Made by a program: the position numbers and the translations under genes
Assembly (NCBI GenBank): GCA_030390025.1
Contig: CM059432.1
Location: forward strand, 6,820,001 to 6,884,000
Source of the DNA: Squalus acanthias
Lineage: Eukaryota
Direction of reading: 5' to 3'
Length of the DNA: 64,000 bases
Part shown: one piece after another, positions 48,105 to 59,966 of the stretch
Numbering within the stretch: position 1 is the first letter of the stretch
How the letters are laid out: each line of letters starts with the position of its first letter
The notes under the pieces: generated by a model
Seen by the model: the letters and a program-made list of their open reading frames with translations, nothing else
The model's database searches: none
What the model was told of the DNA's origin: nothing

Positions 48105-48422
48105 GCTTGAGTTGAGGCTCATGTAAGACTTTCATTAAAGATTATTTCCGTGAAGCACACGACGTACTTTGCTATTGCTATTAAAGAGAGAGTTAAAGAG
48201 AAAAAAAAATCACGCATGGTTCAAGAGAACTATAGCATTTACAGCGATGCATTGAAGATAGCTTGATAACATTAAGCAATATCACATTCTAATAAGGTGG
48301 ACAAACCTTGGTGGAAAAGCAGCGGCGCGTTAACGACGCCGCCATTATTAATGCGCAAATCCGCCAGCAAGTTCAGGGGTTTAAGAGATACGGCATGTGT
48401 TGCGAATCTCCAGAACGTCATG

Positions 48423-48821
48423 CGATATCAAAATACTGCGGATGCTGGAAATCCGAAATAACAACAGAAAACGCTGGAAAAACTCAGCAGGCCAAGCAGC
48501 ATCTGTGGAGAGAGAAACAGTTAACGTTTCAGGTCGAAGACCTTTCATCAGAACTGGAAAATAGCAGGAAATGGAATAGATTTTTAAAGCACGTTTAGGG
48601 GCTGGGAAAAGGGGGAGGGGATGAAAGAACAAAAGGTCTATGTTTCTATGTTTCTATGTTTCTATGGAAGGTCAGTGATAGGATAGAAAGCAGGAGAGAT
48701 TAAGAGACATTGAGAGACATTAAGAGATATTCAAGGCAAGAGGAGGTGGAAATGGGACAGGTTAAGGAACAAAGGATGGCTCTAAATGAAGTGTGAATTG
48801 CGCTGGCAGAATGAAGGACAG
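48423..48821 (-). mobile_element. Penelope pLTR fragment (second family)
   Basis: Homologous to 46850-47187. Exact 15-bp TSD ctccagaacgtcatg at 48408-48422 and 48822-48836. Confidence 0.88.
48518..48556 (-). ncRNA. Minimal hammerhead ribozyme motif
   Basis: CAGTT-CTGATGA-A-AGGTC(ttc)GACCT-GAAA-CG-T-T-AACTG: canonical CUGAUGA core and a 5-bp stem I. Confidence 0.82.
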
Positions 48822-49344
48822 CTCCAGAACGTCATGGTTGATTTACGCCACACCGCTGCGCTGTTTGCTTCGCACTAACGGCATTTCTCCCTTAGCCTCC
48901 CCGTTATTTTTAAGAACTTGCTGGATTTGCACATTAATTGTCCATTAAGCTCACTGCGCAAAGTTAGGGCTGGAACCGAACAGCCTTCGCACCTTTATAG
49001 CAATGTGATAATTGTTAATGCAATGCCAATCAACCTCTCTGACCCAGAAAGGGAGCAATTTGTACCGTTCAATCTAATTCATTGTTGTTCGAGATTTTAA
49101 AAATGGCAATTTTCCTTTCTTCTCTCTTTCTCTCTCTCTTAATCCAGTCTTTCTTTCTCTCTCTTTACTTCTCTTTCTGTACCTGATTTGTCTCTAATGC
49201 ACCCTATTTCCTTCTCCGCTGTTCCTCTATTTCTTTCTTAATCCTTAAATTTCATTGGTTAAGGAGATAGACTGTTGGTCCCACCATTCACTGAGGTTCC
49301 AGGTGTCCCATAGCCCTCGCCGCACCGTTATCAGCTCACATTTA

Positions 49345-50430
49345 ATAGAATCATAGAATAGAATCATAGAATAGTACTGCACAGAAGGAGGCCATTCGGC
49401 CCATCGAGTCTGCGCCGGCTCTTTCGAAGAGCAATCCAGTTAGTCCCACTCTCCAGCTCTTTCCCCATATCCCTGCAATTTTTTCTCCTTCAAGTATTTA
49501 TCCAATTCCTTTTGAAGGCGACTATTGAATCTGTATCCACTGCCCTATCAGGCAGCGCCTTCCAAATCCGATTCACTCTTTGTGTAAAAAAGTTTTTCCT
49601 CATGTCGCCTCTGGTTGTTTTGCCAATCACCCTAAATCTGTGTCCCCTCATTGTCAACTTGTCTGCCATTGGAAACAGTTTCTCTTTATTTACTCTATCT
49701 AAATCCTTTATGACGTTAAACACCTCTATCAAATCTCCTCTTTGCCTTCTCTGCTCTAAGGAGAAGAACCCCAGCTTCTCCAGTCTCTCTGCAACTTGCA
49801 TTTATATAGTGCCTTTAACGTAGTAAAACGTCCCAAGTCGCTTAACAGGAGTATTAAAAGACAAAAAATTTGACACCGAGCTACATGAGGAGAAATTAGG
49901 GCAGGCGAAGAGGTAGGATTTAAGGAGTGTCTTAAAGGAGGAAAGAGAGAGATAGAGAGGCGGAGAGGTTTAGGCAGGGAATTCCAGAGCTTAGGGCCGG
50001 CCACCAATGGTTGAGCGATTATAATCAGGGTTGCTCAAGAGGGCAGAATTAGAGGAGCGCAGATATCTCGGGGAAGGGTTGTGTGGCTGAAGGAGATTAC
50101 AGAGATTGGGAGGGGCGAGGCCATAGAGGGATTTGAAAACGAGGATGAGAATTTTGAAATCGAGGCGTTGCTTAACCGGGAGCCAATGTAGGTCAGCGAG
50201 CATAGGGGTGATGATGCGTGAACGGGACTTGATGCGAGTTAGGACACGGGCAGCCGAGTTTTGGATCACCTCAAGTTTACGTAACTGTAATCCTCATCCC
50301 TGGAACCATTCTAGTTAATCGCTTCTGCACCCTCTCCAAAGCCTTCACGTCCTTCCTGAAGTGAGATGCCCAGAATTGGACACAGCTGGGGCTGAACTAA
50401 TGTTTTACACAGGTTTAGCACAACTTCCTG
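49345..50430 (-). mobile_element. CR1 3' end with a nested L2 (about 49791-50281)
   Basis: CR1 ORF 49490..49801 and L2 ORF 49991..50269 (IQNSAARVLTR...LHWLPVKQRLDFKIL). Confidence 0.88.
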
Positions 50431-51119
50431 GCTTCCCTAACTACCAGGAAGTTAGGGTACAAAAGATTTTTGAGCTGAAGGGTGCAGAATAAAGTCTAAC
50501 TAATGGCGTACGCCGCGAGATACCCCACTCCAGCCAGATTCGGACCATCTCATTTGTTAAATATGATATTTTGAAAACTGTGTTTTCTTAGTTCAATCAA
50601 AGCATTTTGAAATGTGTATTTAGCTTGTATAATAGGTGATATAAATGTTGAACTTATGAGAAAAAAAAATCTTTAAGGGCTCCCAAAGGCCTTTCCTTCT
50701 GGTATTACTAAAGACAGGCAAAATGCCATTTAATTAACATGTCCAAGATTATTGATAGATATCATGCTTTATCCCCCAAATAATTTTGTGATTTAATTAT
50801 TTTGCTATGTTGGAAATTAATTACAGATTTAATTGGCCCCGAAACAAAGAAATGTGAAATAATACCCGAGAGATGCTGGATAAAAACAAATGTGCTAATG
50901 TCCGACCTTAACCACACCATTAAAAGTAATGCTCTGGAATTTGTGCAGCGGTTGCGGTTACTGAAGACTGCCGCATGGACCAAGGCTAATTACGTGTAAT
51001 ACCGTGCTTTACATTGTCTCTTTTATTCCATCTTCTAAAGGTTGTGTGATTGTCCGAAGCCTCCACGTATTACTTCTGTATTGCACAATAATTTCCTGTC
51101 ATTAATATAGGAACATCTA

Positions 51120-51485
51120 AGATTCTGAGGGGGATTGACAGGGTAGATGCTGAGAGGTTGTTTCCCCTGGCTGGAGTGTCTAGAACGAGGTGGCATAGAC
51201 TCAGGATAAGGGGTAGGCCATTTAAAACTGAGATGAGGAGACATTTCTTCACTGAGGGTTGTGAATCTTTGGAATTCTCTACCCCAGAGGGCTGTGGAGG
51301 CTCAGTTGTTGAGTATATTCAAGACTGAGACAGATAGATTTTTGGACATTAGGAGAATCAAGAGATATGGTGATCGGGCGGGAAAGTGGAGTGGAGGTCG
51401 AAGATCAACCATGATCTAATTGAGTGGCGGCGCAAGCTCGAGGGACTGTATTGTCTACTCCTGCTCCTATTTCTTATGCTCTTAT
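51120..51485 (+). mobile_element. CR1 3' end
   Basis: KILRGIDRVDAERLFPLAGVSRTR...; ttcttatg tail. Confidence 0.85.
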
Positions 51486-51489
51486 ATTC

Positions 51490-51985
51490 GCCCCTCGAGC
51501 CTGTTCTACTATTCAGTTAGATCATGGCTGATCCGTATCTTAACTCCATTTACCCTCCTTGGTTCCAAATTCCGAAGATTTTTATTAGGCAAGGGTGTTA
51601 TCAGTCTCAATCTTGATATTTTCAATTGACTCTCAGCCTCAACAGCTTTTTGGGGGAAGAGAGCTCCAGATTTTCACATACATGCACTTTCTAGCAGGGT
51701 CCCTCGAGAGCGGTCAGGCATCAGGTCTAGTTGATTTTTCCTGCCCGCCCCTTCTCTCATTACTGAGGCTATTGCTGCTCATGCTGACCAGCAGTCGGGA
51801 GGAGGAACATTGGCTGTTTATCACTGCACCCCCCCTTTATCCATAGAGCTGCATACATCGAGACCAATTGCACTTGTCCATTAAGTCCCTAGCTGGGAGT
51901 TGATTCAGCAGAGACCAGGAATTAAGCCTGGGATTTTCCTGGTCTCTGTGGTTAAGTACTACACCACATGTTGCATTTATCACAC
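51490..51985 (-). mobile_element. Second copy of the composite SINE-like element with CR1 tail
   Basis: Same junction and body as 5750-6400. Confidence 0.55.
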
Positions 51986-52769
51986 GATCTCCATCATTCC
52001 CGTCTTTGCCAAACCCCATTAGGTCCGCACGGTTAAGATTCTGATTCTCCTTGCCCCTCCTAATTTCTCTCTTTCTGGCTCAGTATCCATTTCCCTTGCA
52101 GCTATTTTTTTTTTAAGTGCCTTAGAATGTTGCGTTACATTAAAGACGCTATTTTCATGCTAGTTGTTGTTCCTTCATGGCCTTGTCCCTATCTCTCTGA
52201 TTTCTTCCAGCTGTAAGTCCCTTTGCACACCATGCACTGCTCCATCACCAGCCTTCTTGCCATTCATTTCTCCACCATTGGTGGCTGTTCCTTGAGCTGC
52301 TGTGCTTCCACCTTTTAGAACTCCCTGGTTCAGCTTCTCTGCTTTGTCACCTCCTACTCTCGGTTTAAAAGCCTCCCAAAGAGCCTTCTCTTTGATTTGT
52401 GCTTTTGCCCCTTTTCCTTATCTCCCTTTCTGCTCGATGTCCATTTATTGTCCACTGTCCTACAAGGTGCTCTGAGACACCTGAAATAGGCAATAGAGAC
52501 GCCATTTATCATAGTCCTCATCCATTGAACTGTTGGGGACTCATTCTTCCCTATAATACAGTATAGAGCTTTGTAACTTCCAAGCAATGTTTATGTTGTT
52601 AACAATCCCTTTATCCAAGCTGAATGGAGTATCCTGATGCTCCTTAATGTATTGTAGTACAAAAATGCTCTTCTGGCTGGTCTCCCATCCTTCACACTGC
52701 AAAAGCATCAGCTTATCCAAAGCTTTTCTGCCCGTAACATATCCCTCACCAAATCCTGCTCGCCCACCA

Positions 52770-53170
52770 TCCCCCAATTCTTGCTGATCTAAATTGGTTC
52801 CGGTCCCATCTCACTCCAATTTAAAATTCTAGTCTTTCGTTTGCATTTCTTCAGTGTTTAGCCCTCCCCAAAGCTCTCTTTCTTTGGCTCCGGCATCTTG
52901 GGCATCCCTCCTCCCTTTGCCCCACTGTTGGCAGCTGTGCCTACAGTCGCCTAAAACCATGCTCTGGAATTCCTTCCCGACACCCCTCCGCCTCTCTCCA
53001 CCCTTTTTTAGTTTGACCCTCTTCAAACCCTATCTCTTCGACAAAGGTTTTGGTCACCCCTCCTAATGTTTCTTTTTGGCTTGCTGTCCATATTTTTCTT
53101 AAAAGTCTGTGAAGCACCTTGGGATGTTTCCCTATGTTAAAGGTTCTATATAAATACAAGTTGTTGTTGT
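52770..53170 (+). mobile_element. Decayed L2 3' end
   Basis: ctctggaattccttccc (LWNSFP) and the tail gtgaagcaccttgggatg...ataaatacaagttgttgttgtt. Confidence 0.75.
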
Positions 53171-53554
53171 TCCTCTCTCATTGCTTTCAATATAATCACT
53201 GCAGTTCGACTCTTTTTTACCTTAAATTAGTGAAATTTCCATAAACTTCATACTGGATGTAGTCAAACCCATTCAATCCTTTGGCTGCTTTGTTTCCAGT
53301 TGGTGCATTAACTTGTAAAACAAAAATGTGTTGTGGTGCATTTTGTCCTTATTAGGAACATTGTGGGACTTTTAAGCACTTGGTGAAATCACAGACATGC
53401 TCAGAGATAACAGTTGCTTCTTTAATTGAATTATTACCTACATTTAAAAAATCTTCCAACATTACAACTGTGACTACAGCCAGTGAATTACTTTTTGAAG
53501 TGTGAAGTGCTTTGGGACTTCCTGAAGTCATGAAAGATGCTACATAAATGCAAG

Positions 53555-55025
53555 TCTCTCTCCCCCCTCTCTTCCCCCCCCTCTCTCCCCCCCTCCCCCC
53601 TCTCTCCCCCCCCCCCCTCTCCCCCCCCTCTCTCCCCCCCCCTCTCTCCCTCCCTCTCCTCCCCCCCTCTCTTCCCCCCCTCTCTTCCCCCCCCTCTCTT
53701 CCCCCCCCTCTCTCTCCCCCCCCCTCCCCCCCCCTCTCTCTCTCCCCCCCCCTCTCTCTCTCCCCCCCCCCTCCTCTCTCCCCCCCCCTCTCTCTCTCCC
53801 CCCCCCTCTCTCTCTCCCCCCCCTCTCTCTCCCCCCCCTCTCTCTCCCCCCCTCTCTCTCCCCCCCCCTCTCTCTCCCCCCCCCTCTCTCTCCCCCCCCC
53901 TCTCTCTCCCCCCCCCCCTCTCTCTCCCCCCCCCCTCTCTCTCCCCCCCCTCTCTCCCCCCCCCTCTCTCCCCCGCCCCTCTCTCCCCCCCTCTCTCCCC
54001 CCCCCTCTCTCCCCCCCTCTCTCCCCCCCCTCTCTTCCCCTCTCTCTCCCCCCCCTCTCTCCCCCCTCTCTCTCCCCCCCCTCTCCCCCCCTCTCCCTCC
54101 CCCCCTCTCTCCCCCTCTCTCTCTCTCCCCCTCTCTCCCCCCCCTCTCTTTCCCCCCCCCCCTCTCTTCCCCCCCCCTCTCTTCCCCCCCCCCCTCTTCC
54201 CCCCCCCCTCTCTTCCCCCCCCCCTCTCTTCCCCCCCCCTCTCTTCTTCCCCCCTCTCTTCCCCCCCCTCTCTCTCCCCCCCTCTCTTCCCCCCCCTCTC
54301 TTCCCCCCCTCTCTCCCCCCCCTCTCTTCCCCCCCCCTCTCTTCCCCCCCTCTCTTCCCCCCCCTCTCTTCCCCCCCCTCTCTTCCCCCCCTCTCTTCCC
54401 CCCCTCTCTCTCCCCCCCTCTCTCTCCCCCCCCTCTCTCTCCCCCCCTCTCTCTCCCCCCCTCTCTCTCCCCCCTCTCTTCCCCCCCCCTCTCTTCCCCC
54501 CCCCTCTCTTCCCCCCCTCTTCTCCCCTCCCCTCTCTTCCCCCCCCCTCTCTTCCCCCCCCCCTCTCTTCCCCCCCCTCTCTCCCCCCCTCTCTCCCCCC
54601 CTCTCTCCCCCCCTCTCTCCCTCCCCTCTCTCCCCCCCCCTCTCTCTCCCCCCCCCTCTCTCTCCCCCCCCTCTCTCCCCCCCCCTCTCTCTCCCCCCCT
54701 CTCTCCCCCCCCTCTCTCCCCCCCTCTCTTCCCCCCCCCCTCTCTCCCCCCCTCTCTCTCCCCCCTCTCTCTCTCCCCCCCCTCTCTCTCTCCCCCCCCT
54801 CTCTCTCTCCCCCCCTCTCCTCTCTCTCCCCCCCCCTCTCCTCTCTCTCCCCCCCCTCTCCTCTCTCTCCCCCCCTCTCCTCTCTCTCCCCCTCTCTCCT
54901 CTCTTCTCCCCCTCTCTCTTCTCCCCCTCTCTCTTCTCCCACTCTCTCTTCTCCCCCTCTCTCTTCTCCTCCCCCCCTCTCTCCTCCCTTCTTTCTCTCC
55001 TCCTCTTCCTTCTCCTTCCTTTCTT
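53555..55025 (+). repeat. 1.47-kb polypyrimidine/polypurine low-complexity tract
   Basis: Units such as (ct)2-4 c5-9 and ctctt c6-9. I see only two purines on the + strand (G53975, A54941). It begins directly after the SINE tail ataaatgcaag. Confidence 0.95.
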
Positions 55026-55660
55026 ACAGAGGATGGTATCATGGCACAGCGCATTGCAAGAGCAGGCTGTTACACCATGAAGCATGAGAACATGATTTGG
55101 GGCCTATGATTCCCCCACATACTAATTTTCATATCTGGTCTCCCACTTTGGAGAGGCAGCAAGTGGAGCACAGGTGCTTAACTAAAAAAAATCGGGTAGG
55201 AGAATGTGGGGGAGTTGACTCCGGGTGCACTCTCAGACCTCCTACCAGGTGGCTTCACACCACCATTGTCACAGTGCTGGAAACATTGCTTATCGCAGGA
55301 TTGCCAAGAATAAGTTACACGAAAAAATGCAGAAATCTTAAAAGATGAGAGTGTGCCACTTATTTAAGAGGAAAGCAGCACATGCATCTTAGATTCATAC
55401 AGCAAAGAAGGAGGCCATTTGGCCCATCGTGCCTGTGCCGGCTCTTTGAAAGAGCTATTCAACAGATTTAGCAATATTCGGAATAGCAAATGTTTTTCTT
55501 GTGCATTTTATCTGTGATCTGTGCTATTAATGCTGGGTCTAAGATTATATCTGTCTGCTATGCATTATTGTACAAGTAATCTGGTAAGTGTGGCGAAGGG
55601 AACATTTCTTGAAATGGTTACTTAATAGATCAACATTTTTTCCCCCCTCTTATTTTTCAG

Positions 55661-55881
55661 GTGATGCTTTCCCCTGGACGATCAGTCTCAGCCAGTTCAG
55701 TGTGTATACTCTGCTCGGGCAGCTAAAGGCATGTAACCTCGTGGAACCCTTGGGCTGTACGTCGACTTTGGCCGTCACTTCACACAAGCTACAAGCCTGC
55801 GGCCCCGAAACCAGACATTCGTTTGTCGTCTGTCTCCACGTGGACCTGGAGTCTCTGGAGATGAAATGCTCAAACCCTCAG
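55661..55881 (+). CDS. VPS13B: VPS13B internal coding exon (221 bp, phase 1 to phase 0)
   Basis: tatttttcAG ending at 55660, donor GTtggt at 55882. Translates (G)DAFPWTISLSQFSVYTLLGQLKACNLVEPLGCTSTLAVTSHKLQACGPETRHSFVVCLHVDLESLEMKCSNPQ. The split codon G|GT completes Gly from the previous exon. Confidence 0.95.
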
Positions 55882-57254
55882 GTTGGTGTTGGTGCAGCTA
55901 ATTGATTTATTGTGGGGAGAAAATAAGAAATGACTTGCTTTAAGTTAATTTGTCCTGTACTTTATAGGAGAATCCTTATTCCATTAAACATCTTAGCTCT
56001 CTCTATTGAGTTTGGTGACCAAGATCGGGGAGAAAGATTAGCTGACTGCCTTGAAGTGCTCTCAAGTTTTTTTGTAATTTAGACTCTTCCAAAAAAAAAA
56101 ATTTAGTAACTGCAGTCTAAAGTGCATCTTAAAACTGGTGGAGTAAAATCAGTTGCAGATGTGCAGTTTCAAAAAGTATTATGTAGCAGAATTAATGTGC
56201 AACAGCTTTGAAAGTGTCCATTGGAGCTGCTTGTTCAAGAGTTTATCATAACTTCACACAATATGTTTATAGATGTGGGCTGTAACATTAAAGAGATTTC
56301 AGATTTAAATAATGTGGACTTAAGTTCCCATTAATCGAGCGCATTCCATACAGTGGTGGAAATCTTCTGCCAAACCTGAAATTCTTCATTTTTCTTGTTA
56401 TCTCAGGAAAAAAAAATCACTTTTTGCATTGATTTTAATTGTAAAAATCTGAGGGCGGTATACTGCCACAAAACACACTTGATAGCAGAGTGTTTTAAAC
56501 TGTTTCCTAGATTAGCTGAATATATTTGAAAATTATTTCTGAACACTTTCGTTCCTTTCATTTGTTGCAAATTTGCTGTGTAAAATAAATTCACGTGGAA
56601 AAGAGATTTTAATTGTACTCAGCTATATTTTCATAACTCAAAGCTATATTTTCGTAACTGAAATACACGTCTTTTTATTAACCTTTTGCCATTAGATCCT
56701 CGGGTAATGTAATTAATTAAAGCTGCTTTCTTACTTTTTTTTTTACATGCATTTGATATGATAAAAACCATTTCAGATTTTGTTTGTAATATGAAAAACA
56801 ACCTTACATCACACCTAAATTCGCACAGTTCTCTCCTCCGAGTCCCTGGCCGAGTTTAAAAACTCGGCAAACCTCTAAATTTTCATTTTGTCATTGAAAA
56901 TTTATCTGCGCTGGAATGAAGCATCACCGTACTCCACCAAGTCACCCAGCTTTAGATAACTTTGGATTTCATCCGTCCCTGAAGCTTGCTACTAAATCAA
57001 GGGAATTTGCACAGTTTCAGCATTAAATGGTTCACTTAACTTCTCATATTACGGAAGCTTTGGTAAAATTGAGTATATTGAAAGTTTGCTTTCCTGCTGT
57101 GCTCAGTATATCTAGTCAAATTACTCTTATCCAATTCCCATTTGTGTATATCGGAATCCTCAAAGCTGGTGATAATCAAGTTTAGTAGCTATGTTTCTTT
57201 TGGACTTAGTGTCTGAAACAGGACGGTGCCTAATGGAATGTAATTGAACACATT

Positions 57255-57981
57255 GTGCCTGAATTTGCTGGCAAAATAACGGCGAGTTTGATGGCGCACG
57301 CCATTATTAGTGTGTAAATAACCTAGCAATTTGTGGTGAGGAAGAGATACCCTGTGAGTTGTGAATCGCCACAAGTTGCTGGCCGATTTGCGCCGGCCCA
57401 CCGTTCGCCTCGCGAAAACGGGATCTCGCTGTCGGACTCCACGTGAGTGTCAAGAAATTGCTGCATTTGCGTATTAATTACGAATTAAACTCGCCACAGA
57501 AAGTTAAGTCGGGTATTTATGTTCCTGCAATGCCACTCAACCTCTCCAGCCCAGAAATGGAACAATTGGAAAGGGGGAAAATTGGAGCTTCATTCCTGCA
57601 GGTAGTAAATTGTTTTTTAGAGATTTTTAAAATTTAAAACAAAAAAATGTTTTTTACTTTTCCCTTTCTGTCTTTTTTTTCTCTCTCTCTTAATCCAAGC
57701 TTTCTTTCCCTCTCTTTCTTTATTTCACTTTCTCTACCAGATTTGATTCTGATTCACCCTATTTCCTTCTCCGTTGTTCCTCTCTTTCTTTCTCAATCCT
57801 TAAATCTCATTGGTTAAGGAGATAGACTGCTGGTCCCGTCGTTCACTGAGGTCCGGGATGTCCCATCGACCTCGCACATCCAGCGATTTCCGGCGCCAAA
57901 ATGTTTCAATCTGAAGGATGAGGAAAAAATTTAACAAACTGGGCACGTCGCGAAATGCACTACACCAGGAAATTCTGGGCC
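57255..57981. mobile_element. PIF/Harbinger-type non-autonomous element
   Basis: gtgcctgaatttgct ... aggaaattctgggcc; collinear with 32886-33617. Confidence 0.72.
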
Positions 57982-58148
57982 TATATTTCACCTTTAGGGG
58001 TGATTCAGGACCACTCCTTGCTGTCAGATGGAGCGATAGAAATCCCCCTTTGCTTTTTTCAGTTTTAAGTAAAATGATCCAGAACAATCTCATTCCAGTG
58101 AAGATCAATCAATAGTACAGACCCAATTAGAGAAAATATTAGTATTTT

Positions 58149-58183
<35 letters not shown>

Positions 58184-58258
58184 CCCCAACCCATTTTTGA
58201 ATGACGACTGTGGAGGTTGGGCTGCTTCAAAGAATGAAGACAACTAATACTTATAGTA

Positions 58259-58437
58259 TGATAGCAAAATACTGCAGATGCTGGCAATCCGAAATAACAA
58301 CAGAAAACGCTGGAAAAACTCAGCAGGCGAGGCAGCATCCGTGGAGAGAGAAACAGACCTGGAACGTTAACTCTGTTTCTCTCTCCACGGATGCTGCCTC
58401 GCCTGCTGAGTTTTTTCAGTGTTTTCTGTTGTTATTT
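58259..58437. mobile_element. Fold-back Penelope pLTR insertion (second family)
   Basis: 66-bp inverted arms 58292-58357 and 58372-58437. 14-bp TSD taatacYtatagta at 58245-58258 and 58438-58451. Arms match 48431-48520. Confidence 0.85.
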
Positions 58438-58675
58438 TAATACCTATAGTAGTTCGATACATTTAATGGGAAGTGCTAAGGATCAACATTCCATTGGTTT
58501 CTTCAGTTGAATTTACCAGATTCTACACTGACCTTTCACCTGTCCAGGCTGCGTTGGAACCCAGCCTGGACTGATAATGAAAATCTTTTACTCATATTTG
58601 AAATAACGCAGCGAGACAACCAGGCTACTATACAGAAAGTAGAAAAGAAATCACACTCATGTAGCAGAGAAAATA

Positions 58676-59089
58676 AAGAAAGACTTGCATTTCTACAGCG
58701 CCTTTCACGACCACCAGACGTCACAAAGTGCTTTACAGCCAATGAGGTACTTCTTGAAGTAGAGGAAACGCAGCAGCCAATTTGCAAGCTCCCACAAACA
58801 GCGATGTGATAATGACCAGATAATCTGTTTTAGTGATGTTGATTGAGAGATAAATATTGGCCAGGACACTGGGGATAACTTCCCTGCTCTTCTTCGAAAT
58901 AGTGCCATGAGAGAGCAGACAGGGCGTCAGTTTAACGTCTCATCCGAAAGACGGCACCTCCGACAGTGCAGCACTCCCTCGGTACTGCACTGGAGTGTCA
59001 GCCTAGATTATTGCGCTCAAGTCTCTGGAGTGGGACTTGAACCCACAACCTTCTAGCTCAGAGGCAAGGGTACTACGAACTGAGCCACT
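58676..59089 (-). mobile_element. Near full-length Deu-SINE
   Basis: Tail aaagaaagacttgcat; head ...gggacttgaaccc...ctgagccac. Confidence 0.82.
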
Positions 59090-59561
59090 GAGGGGGTGCT
59101 TTTCTGCTGTTGTGGTTAAGGCACATTGTCAGGGCACAATACAGGGCACTTCATTCTGTACCTGACTATGTTGTGCATGAACATGGAGTGCCCAAAAAAG
59201 AAGTATTCCATTTTCCCAGCACTGTAATCCCTTACCTTAGTGAGCACAAAACTTCGCCAAAGAAACAAGACTGTCTGAACTGGAGATAGCGTCCAATGCA
59301 TTTTCTCCTCTTGGCTCTGGCACGTAACTCAGTTTTAAAATACTTGTGTAACCGAAGAAGTCATAAAACTCTGGGAGATGGGGGGACAGTAATTTAAGTA
59401 GCTGTATAACAAAAGGGAGTATGTGAATAAGTGTGGCAACACTTTTGCAGAGACTTTGTAACATTGATTTCCCTACCCGTGCAACCCTCCCCTTGTTTTC
59501 ACGTGGGAAACATACCACTTTTTTAACACCAATTTTAAATCGGTCAGAATTATAAAGCATT

Positions 59562-59966
59562 GGCCCAGAAATTCCTGCGGGCGGAGGGCTGCGATTCGGA
59601 AAAGTCTCCGCTTGGGCTCCCGGAACGCGCACACTTCCATTGCTGGGCCTCTTCAATCTGCCGGTGTGCAGGGCACGCGTGTCCCAGGGGCGCAGGTAGT
59701 TGGCAGCGTCCCTGGGATCACGTGGGCCATGGGGAGCCAATCAGAGCAAGGAATCTCCATTCATAGATTTGACAGGAATACCTGTCAAATCTATGAATAG
59801 AGATGAGCCCCAAAACATAAGTAAAACTTCAAATAAATAAAAAAAAAGAAAAATCACATTTTTAAAATGACTATAAATTACATAAATTAACTATTTTAAA
59901 CAAAAATTTTAATTTTTGAAAAAAATAATTAAAGTTTTTAACGGGGCTAAAAATAAACTTACCTTT
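59562..59966. mobile_element. Half of a Harbinger-type MITE, truncated at a CR1 insertion
   Basis: Starts ggcccagaaattcc; reverse-complement similarity to 35020-35420. Confidence 0.65.

Larger units (their letters stand above)
48297..50547. mobile_element. Harbinger-type element fragmented by PLE, CR1 and L2 insertions
   Basis: Pieces at about 48297-48422, 48837-49342 and 50435-50547 are collinear with 32886-33617. Confidence 0.65.

Noticed and set aside
53352..55087. Five long ORFs (484-577 aa) rich in Pro/Leu/Ser or Gly/Glu/Arg
   Set aside because: A C/T-only tract cannot contain stop codons on either strand, so these ORFs are an artefact of composition.
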